Origin: an uncultured Planctomycetota bacterium
Lineage (GTDB): Bacteria > Planctomycetota > Phycisphaerae > Tepidisphaerales > Tepidisphaeraceae
DNA: 64,000 bases
Direction: 5' to 3'
Assembly: GCA_963841915.1 (NCBI GenBank)
Contig: CAWJEN010000006.1
Coordinates: 288,001-352,000 of the forward strand
Position numbers and translations under genes: made by a program. Positions 56,737 through 64,000 of this stretch are shown piece by piece. Every line of letters begins with the position of its first letter. Positions within the stretch are counted from its first letter, which is position 1. The notes below the pieces were generated by a model, which was not told the DNA's origin, searched no databases, and saw only the letters and a list, made by a program, of their open reading frames with translations.

Positions 56737-59700
56737 ATCTCCCCACGCTCTACTTTCGCAACAAGTACCTGCTGGTCCTGACGATTCTCGTCCTGCTGGC
56801 CACGGGAGGATTGGCTGCTTTGACGCTGCCGGTGATGGAAGACCCCATCATCACCAACCGCAATCCGCTCATCGTCACGCCCGTGCCGGGTGCCAGTGCA
56901 GAGCGTGTCGAGTCGCTCGTGACCGAGCGGATCGAAGAAGAAGTCCGGAAAATTCCCGAGGTCAAGCACGTGACCTCGACCAGCCGGGCCGGCGTGAGCG
57001 TCGTCAGCGTCGAGCTTGATGACGCTGTCGTCGAGGGCGAGAACCAGCGCCTCTTTAGCGAGATTCGCGACAAGCTGAGCGAGGCCGAGCGACAATTTCC
57101 GGCCGAAGCCGGCTCACCCGTGCTCGAAGACGACCGCGGTGCGACGGCCTACACGATGCTCGTCGGCTTCACCTGGAAAGCGGGTGGCGAGCCTGATCTT
57201 GGCATCCTGACCCGGCACGCCGACGCACTGGCCGACCGGTTGCGAAATGTCGGAGGCACGCAGTTTGTCGAAATCTTCGGCGACGCTGTAGAAGAAGTGT
57301 CCGTGGTCGTCGACCCGCGCGAGCTTGCGTTACTTGGCCTGAACACAAGCGACGTCGCCCGTGCGACGCGGCTCGCCGATGCCAAAAGACCGGCAGGCGT
57401 TTTTCGCGACAGCGACGATGCGTTACCCGTTGAGGTGGCCGGCGAACTCGACTCGGTGACCCGGGTGGCCAGCGTGCCGATACGTCGCGGAAGCGACGGC
57501 GACGTGCTGCGCGTCGGCGATGTCGCGACGATCCGCAAAAGCGTCCTCGATCCGCCGACCGACATCGCGATGATCGACGGTGAGCGGACGGTGCTCGTCG
57601 CCGCCCGCATGGGACGCGGCAGCCGCGTCACCGACTGGACGGACAGTGCTCGCGATGTCGTCGACGACTACCGCCAAAGCATCGGCCAGGGCGTCGGCCT
57701 CGACGTCGTCTTCGATCAGTCAACCTACACCGTCGCACGCCTCGGCGAACTCGTCGGCAACCTGCTGCTGGGCGTCACGGTGGTCATCGCCGTCATCTTT
57801 TTCTTCATGGGATGGCGATCGTCGCTGATCGTCGGGGCGACGTTGCCCGTGGTCTCGGGCATGGTCTTGTTCATGCTGTTGCTCACCGGTGGCGAGCTGC
57901 ACCAGATGAGCATTTTCGGCATGATCATCGCTCTCGGCCTGCTGATCGACAACGGCATCGTCGTCACCGAAGAGGTCAACCAGCACCTTGCCCGCGGTGA
58001 TTCGCGGGTTGACGCGGTCGCCAGCGTCGTCCGGCTCTATTTCGCCCCGCTGCTGGCCAGCACGCTGACGACCATCCTCGCCTTTGCACCCATCGCACTG
58101 TTGCCCGGTAGCGGCGGCGACTTTATCAGCGGCATCGCGATCAGCGTCATCTTCGCCATCGCCGGCTCGTTCCTCGTCGCGATCACGATCATCGTCTCGC
58201 TTGCCGGCCTGTTCGGCACACGGCCAACGGACAAGGACGAGCAAATGTGGACGCTGCGTCGCTGGCTCCGAAACGGCGTGCAAAGCGACGCCGTGACGAG
58301 CCAGTACCGCAAGCTCCTTCGGCTCGTCGTCGCTTTTCCGGTGCTGGCGTGCCTGCTCACGCTCACGCCACCGGTGGCGGGCGTCATCGTCGGCACGTCG
58401 CTGGGTCAAAGCTTCTTCCCGCCAACCTCGCGGGACATGTTCGACCTGAAAGTCTGGCTGCCACAGTCGGCCTCTGTCCATCAGACGCACGAGCTGACGG
58501 CGGAGATGGAGGCATTCATAAAGGAGACAGAGGGCGTCGAGCGGCTTGACTGGCTCGTGGGCGCCAGCTTCCCCAGCGTCTACTACAACCTCGTCATGAA
58601 TCAGGACAACAGCCCGCACTACGCGCAGGCTGTCGTCCACACGACCGATTCGGCGACGACGGAGCGGCTCATCCGCCCGCTGCAAGACAAGATCAACGAC
58701 CGCTTTTCGAATGCACGCGTCGTGCTGAACCAGTTCGGCCAGGGGCCACCGGTGCAGGCGGACATTGAGTATCGCATCTTTGGTGACGACCTTGCGAGGC
58801 TGCAAGATCTCGGCGAAGTCGTTCGCGAGCGCCTGCAGCAGCACCCGCAGGTCGTCTACGCGAACATGTCCGTGTCCCGCGGCACGCCGAAGCTTTGGCT
58901 CGACGCAAGTGAGGACGAGACTCAGTTGGCCGGTCTGCAACTGACGGATCTTGCCGCCCAGCTCAACGGCAACCTGAGCGGTGTCGTCGGCGGGAGCGTG
59001 CTCGAAGGGCTCGAAGAACTGCCCGTCCGCGTCCGGCACAACAGCGACGGTCAGACGACGCTAGACGCCATCGCCTCGACACCTTTTGCCTTGCCGAGTG
59101 GCGGATTCGTACCGCTCGAGGCGCTTGGCGAGCTGAACCTGCGGCCGACCGAGGCGGGCATCAGTCACTACGACGGCCTGCGGGTCAACACGATCGAGGC
59201 ATACACCCGCGACGGCGCACTGCCCATCGACCTGGCTTACGACGTACTTGCCGAGCTCGAGGCGGACGGCTTCGTCATGCCGCCCGGCTATCGCATCGGC
59301 CTCGGTGGCGAGGTCGAGCAGAGCGGCCAGTCGCAGGACAACTTGGCCACGTTCGCCCCGGCGTTGCTCATGGCGATGCTGGCGACGCTCGTCCTCACGT
59401 TCCGCAGCCTGCGGATGACAGGGCTGCTGCTCACCATCGCCGGCTCCTGTGTGGGCTTGGCCCTCTTTAGCACGTGGTCGGTGTCGCTGCCGTTCGGCTT
59501 CAACACGATTCTCGGCACGCTCGGCCTCATCGGCGTCGCACTCAACGACTCGATTGTCGTCATCAGCGCCATCCGCGGCAACGTTCTCGCCCGCAACGGG
59601 GACCACGAAGCGCTCGTCAGCGAGATCGTCTCGTCGACGCGACACATCTTGTCGACCACCCTCACGACCGTCGGCGGCTTCGCGCCGCTGCTGCTCCTGG

Positions 59701-59876
59701 CCGAAGGCGACTTCTGGCCGAGCCTCGCGATCGTGCTTTTCGGTGGCATCATTGGTGCCATGCTGCTGGCCTTGTTCTTCATCCCAGCGGCCTACGTGCT
59801 CGTCCACCCACGCAAGTTCGGCCTCATCGGCACGAAGCGTCACACCTCCGCCTTTTCACCAGCCATCGCCGCATGA
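56733..59876 (+). CDS. RND efflux permease (AcrB/AcrD/AcrF family)
   Basis: PGASAERVESLVT, GLLIDNGIVV, STLTT, FFP, GVALNDSIV; ATGA coupling. Confidence 0.95.
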   Translation: MNLPTLYFRNKYLLVLTILVLLATGGLAALTLPVMEDPIITNRNPLIVTPVPGASAERVESLVTERIEEEVRKIPEVKHVTSTSRAGVSVVSVELDDAVVEGENQRLFSEIRDKLSEAERQFPAEAGSPVLEDDRGATAYTMLVGFTWKAGGEPDLGILTRHADALADRLRNVGGTQFVEIFGDAVEEVSVVVDPRELALLGLNTSDVARATRLADAKRPAGVFRDSDDALPVEVAGELDSVTRVASVPIRRGSDGDVLRVGDVATIRKSVLDPPTDIAMIDGERTVLVAARMGRGSRVTDWTDSARDVVDDYRQSIGQGVGLDVVFDQSTYTVARLGELVGNLLLGVTVVIAVIFFFMGWRSSLIVGATLPVVSGMVLFMLLLTGGELHQMSIFGMIIALGLLIDNGIVVTEEVNQHLARGDSRVDAVASVVRLYFAPLLASTLTTILAFAPIALLPGSGGDFISGIAISVIFAIAGSFLVAITIIVSLAGLFGTRPTDKDEQMWTLRRWLRNGVQSDAVTSQYRKLLRLVVAFPVLACLLTLTPPVAGVIVGTSLGQSFFPPTSRDMFDLKVWLPQSASVHQTHELTAEMEAFIKETEGVERLDWLVGASFPSVYYNLVMNQDNSPHYAQAVVHTTDSATTERLIRPLQDKINDRFSNARVVLNQFGQGPPVQADIEYRIFGDDLARLQDLGEVVRERLQQHPQVVYANMSVSRGTPKLWLDASEDETQLAGLQLTDLAAQLNGNLSGVVGGSVLEGLEELPVRVRHNSDGQTTLDAIASTPFALPSGGFVPLEALGELNLRPTEAGISHYDGLRVNTIEAYTRDGALPIDLAYDVLAELEADGFVMPPGYRIGLGGEVEQSGQSQDNLATFAPALLMAMLATLVLTFRSLRMTGLLLTIAGSCVGLALFSTWSVSLPFGFNTILGTLGLIGVALNDSIVVISAIRGNVLARNGDHEALVSEIVSSTRHILSTTLTTVGGFAPLLLLAEGDFWPSLAIVLFGGIIGAMLLALFFIPAAYVLVHPRKFGLIGTKRHTSAFSPAIAA

Positions 59877-61336
59877 AGCGACTGACGATCATTTTCGCCG
59901 TCGCCTTGGTCGTCGGTTGCACCGTCGGGCCCGACTACGAACAGCCGACTGCTCAGACGCTGTCGATGCCGGCCGGCTACGCGACGACGCAACCCGCCAC
60001 ACAACCGGGACCACTCGTTTTTCCCGACACCGCGTGGTGGCAGCGGATGAATGATCCGACGCTTGACCGCCTTGTCGCGCAAGCGACGGTCGCAAATCTG
60101 GACGTGGAAGTCGCGCTCGCTCGACTACGCGAAGCCCGTGCGCTGCGACGTGCTTCACGCGCCGGTTATCTTCCGCAGCTCAGCGCTGGCGCTGACTACC
60201 GACGGACGCGGCTCAGCGAAAACGGTGCCGGCATTGGCCAAGCAGCCGTCAACCTGCAGGCCATCGAACTCGAACAAGATCTGTATCAGGTCGGCTTCGA
60301 CGCCTCGTGGGAACTCGACGTCTTCGGCGGCATCCGACGCAGCGTGCAGGCCGCCGACGCACGCGAGGCCGCAACGCTCGAAGCGGCTCGCGACGTGCTG
60401 CTGAGCGTGCAGGCTGAGGTCGCCCGCAATTACGCAGAACTTCGCGGGGCACAGTCCCGGCTGTCGGTCGCGAGGCGCAACATCAACATCCAGGAGGATT
60501 CCCTCGATCTTGTAAAACGCAAACGGTCGGCGGGACTTGTGCCGGAGGTCGACGTGGCACAGGCGCAGACACTGCTGGAAACGACGCGGGCTGGCCTGCC
60601 ACCGCTGCGGGCGGCTACGCGGGCAGCCGCTTATCGGCTGGCCGTTCTGACTGCCGTACCACCGGCGGCCATGGCTCCCTCGCTGCTCGACGACGCTGAC
60701 ATGCCAAGTTTGCCCGCTCTCGCGTCGCTCGATCTGCCTGCCGAGCTGTTGCGTCGACGCCCTGACCTGCGCCGGGCCGAACGACAGCTCGCCGCCGCGT
60801 CGGCAGACGTCGGCGTAGCGACCGCTGAGCTCTACCCAAAGTTTCGCCTGCTCGGCAGCCTCGGCCTGGAATCCGTCGAAGCAGGCGACCTCTTCGACAC
60901 AGGCAGTCGCGTCTGGTCGATCGGGCCCGGCGTCACCGTGCCGCTCCTGACCGGTGGCCGCTTGCGGGCCGTCGTTGATGCTGAACAGGCGCAGCTCGAC
61001 GCAGCGCTTGCGACATATCAACAGGCCGTACTGCTCGCACTCGAAGACGTCGATGCCTCACTCGTCCGCCGCCTCGAAGCGGAGAACGAGGTCGAACAAC
61101 TCACCCGCGCCCGCGATGCAGCAGTGCGTGCTGTTGGCTTGGCGACGATCTTGTACGACCGCGGCTTACGAGACTTCCAGGTCGTGCTCGACGCACAGTC
61201 GTCGCTCGCCAACGTCGACGACCGCCTCGCCACCGCTGAAGCGCGGGTGGTCATCGAGGCGATCGCGCTGTTCAAGTCGCTCGGCGGCGGTTGGGACACG
61301 CCCGACGCCGCCAAGCGGATGGCCGCAGCACCATGA
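59873..61336 (+). CDS. Outer-membrane efflux lipoprotein (NodT/OprM family)
   Basis: VGCTVGPDY lipobox, WELDVFG, LLRRRPD, LFKSLGGGW. Confidence 0.95.
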   Translation: MKRLTIIFAVALVVGCTVGPDYEQPTAQTLSMPAGYATTQPATQPGPLVFPDTAWWQRMNDPTLDRLVAQATVANLDVEVALARLREARALRRASRAGYLPQLSAGADYRRTRLSENGAGIGQAAVNLQAIELEQDLYQVGFDASWELDVFGGIRRSVQAADAREAATLEAARDVLLSVQAEVARNYAELRGAQSRLSVARRNINIQEDSLDLVKRKRSAGLVPEVDVAQAQTLLETTRAGLPPLRAATRAAAYRLAVLTAVPPAAMAPSLLDDADMPSLPALASLDLPAELLRRRPDLRRAERQLAAASADVGVATAELYPKFRLLGSLGLESVEAGDLFDTGSRVWSIGPGVTVPLLTGGRLRAVVDAEQAQLDAALATYQQAVLLALEDVDASLVRRLEAENEVEQLTRARDAAVRAVGLATILYDRGLRDFQVVLDAQSSLANVDDRLATAEARVVIEAIALFKSLGGGWDTPDAAKRMAAAP

Positions 61337-61339
61337 TGT

Positions 61340-62755
61340 TCACTCACCAAAGTACTGCCGGGCTGACGGCTGCATCGCCGTGGGGGGCAGGTTTCTCTCT
61401 TTCAGCGCCTCGACGCTGTCGGCAAAGAGCGGGCTGATCTCGATCACCGCGTCCGGCTCGCCGTGCGGGTCACGCGGGACCTCAACGCCGCACGCCTTGA
61501 GCCATTTGGCTGCACGTCGCACCTGATCGCGACGGCTCGTCGCCGGACTGTCATTGCCGGCGGCGTTCTTGACCGGGCTGAACTCTTCGCCGCGGTCGGT
61601 CTCGTAAACAATCGGGTTGCTCGCCAGCGGGATCGCGTCGAAGACGAACTGCTCGAGCTTCACGCCGTTGGGTGACGACGGCTCAGGCTCGCCCATGTGC
61701 GGCACCTTCTTGTCGGCTCGGTGCCAAGGCAGCGACAAGTCACTGCCGCTCGTCAGCCGATCAATGAAGTCGACGCTGATGACGTGAATCGCGATCGAGC
61801 CGGCGTTGTACTTAAGATTGCCCTCAGTATCGGTCTGCTCGGCCACCTCGTCGGGCAGGTCGCTGTACTCGATCACCATGAGCTTGCCGTCCCCGACGGC
61901 AAAGTTGCCAACCTTCTCCTTGGCAGCGGCCTTGGGCAGTGACTTGCTGCTCATCTCGCTCCCGAAGTTTGCGTGCAACCCGATGAACAGCGGGTCGAGC
62001 ACGCGGACGAGCGGGTTGTCGACCTGGAAGTAGCTCAAATGCTCGATGCCACGCTGCTTCATGTCGGCCAGTGCGCCGGTCTTCTGCAGCGCCCGCAAGC
62101 TTCCGCCGTGACCGTCGGCACTAAGGGCCAGCGAGTCCTTTTCAGCGAGCAAGAGCTTTCCGTCGGTGCCGAAGGCAGGCATCATGCCTTGCGTAAAGAA
62201 CGTGACGTTGGCCTTATCGAGGCCGAAGTAGTCGCGCTTTTCGAAGAACGTGCGGGTCGCTTCGTCGTTGACCTCGCTCGTCATGATGTACCACGGGACG
62301 GCCTTGCCGTGCCGCTCACCGGCCGCCTGGATCTGCTCGGCAAAGGTCTGGAAGAGCGGCTTGTCCTTGACGGGCGTGACGGGGAACTCACCCTTGGGCC
62401 CGTCGTAGCCGAGCCTTGTGCCTTGGCCGCCTGCGACGAGGAAGGCAGCGACCTTGCCCGCGTCTAGAAGTTCACGCCCCTTCTTTGCCGCCGCTTCGTA
62501 CAACTCGACACGACCGGCGTCGGCCATGTGAGGCAACACGTTGGGCGGCGACATCTCGGCCGGCAGCTCAGCGTCGGGCTTCTGCTTCACGTGCGACTCG
62601 GCCAGCTTCGACAACTCGTCGAGATCCAGCGCGTCGATCTGCCCCGCAAGCTTGGCCTGCCCGGCGTCGTCAAGCTCGTCCCAGTACTGCAGCAGGTGCT
62701 CCTGCCCGTGGGCGGCGAGGCTGCTTTTCAGGTCGTCGTAACTCGGCGTGCTCAT
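61340..62755 (-). CDS. UDP-N-acetylhexosamine pyrophosphorylase (UDPGP/UAP1 family)
   Basis: AGGQGTRLG..GPKG, DGHGG, QVDNPL, EYSD, KLEQFVFD, EFSPVKN. Confidence 0.9.
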   Translation of the reverse strand: MSTPSYDDLKSSLAAHGQEHLLQYWDELDDAGQAKLAGQIDALDLDELSKLAESHVKQKPDAELPAEMSPPNVLPHMADAGRVELYEAAAKKGRELLDAGKVAAFLVAGGQGTRLGYDGPKGEFPVTPVKDKPLFQTFAEQIQAAGERHGKAVPWYIMTSEVNDEATRTFFEKRDYFGLDKANVTFFTQGMMPAFGTDGKLLLAEKDSLALSADGHGGSLRALQKTGALADMKQRGIEHLSYFQVDNPLVRVLDPLFIGLHANFGSEMSSKSLPKAAAKEKVGNFAVGDGKLMVIEYSDLPDEVAEQTDTEGNLKYNAGSIAIHVISVDFIDRLTSGSDLSLPWHRADKKVPHMGEPEPSSPNGVKLEQFVFDAIPLASNPIVYETDRGEEFSPVKNAAGNDSPATSRRDQVRRAAKWLKACGVEVPRDPHGEPDAVIEISPLFADSVEALKERNLPPTAMQPSARQYFGE

Positions 62756-62795
62756 GGGCCGACACGCTATGAGGTCCGTTGATCCCACGCAATGC

Positions 62796-64000
62796 TCACG
62801 CCATCCGCGGCACCGCCGCCAGCAGCTTTTTCGTGTACTCGTCCTGCGGGTCGTTCACGATCTGCTCTGTCGGCCCACGCTCGGCGATCTTGCCCTTGTA
62901 CATCACCAGCGTCTCGTCGGCGAGGTACTCTACCACGCCCAGGTTGTGCGTGATGAACAGGTACGTCAGCCCGAGCTGATCGCGCAGGTCCAGCAAGAGC
63001 TGCAACAGCTTGGCCTGCACGCTGACGTCGAGTGCGCTCGTCACCTCGTCACAGACAATGAACCGCGGGTTCGGCACGAGCGCCCGCGCGATGCCGATCC
63101 GCTGCCGCTGGCCACCGGAGAACTCGTGCGGGTAGCGCCGCAGCATGTCGGGCTCGAGCTCGACCCGTTTCATGAGGTCAGCGGCGAGGTCACGCTGCTC
63201 GGACTTGTTGCTGCCGATCTTGTGGACGTTCATGATCTCCTGCAGCATGCCGCCGATCGTCATGCGCGGGTTCAGCGCTGAATACGGGTCTTGAAAAACG
63301 ATCTGCATGTCCCGCCGCATCGACCGCAGCTCCCCGCCCGGCATGCCGACGAGTTCTCGACCTTCGAAGGACACCTCGCCACCTGTCGGCTCGACCAGCC
63401 GCAGGATCGCCCGGCCCAGCGTCGTCTTGCCGCTGCCCGACTCGCCAACGACCGCCAGAATTTGCTTACGCGGCAGATCGAAGCTTACGCCGTCGACGGC
63501 TTTAACGTGGTCGACCACACGCGAGAACAACCCCTTTCGCACCGGGAAGTGCACCTCCAGGTTGCGCACGCTCAGCACGTTCTCTGGTACGTCCTTGACG
63601 GCATGCTCGACGTGCACATGCTCGCTGGCATCTTGCTCCTGGACCACCTTCGCCGCCGCCCGCTGCTCGTCGCGACGCTTTTTCAGGTTCCGCGGCAGCG
63701 CGTCCAGCAACTCCCGCGTGTACGGGTGCTCTGCCTTGCGAAGCACTTCGTCCTTTGTGCCCTGCTCCACGACCTTGCCGTACCGCATAACCGCCACGTG
63801 CTGGGCGATCTCTGCGACGACGTCGAAGTCGTGCGTGATGAAGAGCACGCTCATGCCCTTGCGATCCTGGAGCTCGCGAATGAGCCGCAAGATCTCCGCC
63901 TGAATCGTCACGTCTAGGGCCGTCGTCGGCTCGTCGGCGATGAGCAGCTCCGGCTCACACGCCATCGCCATGGCGATCATCACGCGTTGCCGCATACCGC
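62796..64000 (-). CDS. Oligopeptide/dipeptide ABC transporter ATPase with a fused double ATPase domain, 5' truncated
   Basis: MRQRVMIAMA..DEPTTALD; GESGSGKTT; YPHEFSGGQRQR. Confidence 0.93.
   Translation of the reverse strand, partial: GMRQRVMIAMAMACEPELLIADEPTTALDVTIQAEILRLIRELQDRKGMSVLFITHDFDVVAEIAQHVAVMRYGKVVEQGTKDEVLRKAEHPYTRELLDALPRNLKKRRDEQRAAAKVVQEQDASEHVHVEHAVKDVPENVLSVRNLEVHFPVRKGLFSRVVDHVKAVDGVSFDLPRKQILAVVGESGSGKTTLGRAILRLVEPTGGEVSFEGRELVGMPGGELRSMRRDMQIVFQDPYSALNPRMTIGGMLQEIMNVHKIGSNKSEQRDLAADLMKRVELEPDMLRRYPHEFSGGQRQRIGIARALVPNPRFIVCDEVTSALDVSVQAKLLQLLLDLRDQLGLTYLFITHNLGVVEYLADETLVMYKGKIAERGPTEQIVNDPQDEYTKKLLAAVPRMA

Overview
High-GC bacterial chromosome segment, most likely Planctomycetota (Phycisphaerae-like). 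This is inferred from the LEPRxLL-type secreted protein, the DUF1559/H-X9-DG prepilin, the DUF1501/DUF1800 pair, PEP-CTERM proteins and ATTQP linkers. Bases 296-13780 are a 13.44-kb element integrated in tRNA-Lys(CTT) and bounded by a perfect 45-bp direct repeat. It carries a tyrosine integrase whose catalytic Tyr codon is a TAA stop, an HTH excisionase, umuD with a broken umuC, a lipoprotein pseudogene, a Prim-Pol replication gene and a 1616-aa secreted beta-propeller/lipase/dockerin cargo protein flanked by a degenerate 48-bp repeat. The rest is core chromosome: Wzy-like/TPR and Wzc, holB, ccsB/ccsA, rtcB, a crtI-family gene, sirC, an AAA ATPase, ECF sigma/anti-sigma, rpmF, ldh, mscS, LPS kinase/GT9, bcp, ribD, lspA, a TAT-exported SOD, dksA, mqnD, a TetR-RND efflux operon, a UDP-GlcNAc pyrophosphorylase and an ABC ATPase. 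Five parS sites suggest the window lies near oriC. The most novel-looking items are an anti-sigma factor with two Wza-like Poly_export domains, a uORF/terminator/antiterminator leader on rtcB, a palindromic MITE-like element that supplies the ccsA N-terminus, pervasive leaderless-type promoters and a recurrent ATTQP motif. Several single-base frameshifts in core genes may be sequencing errors. All calls come from reading the sequence by eye; no searches were run.
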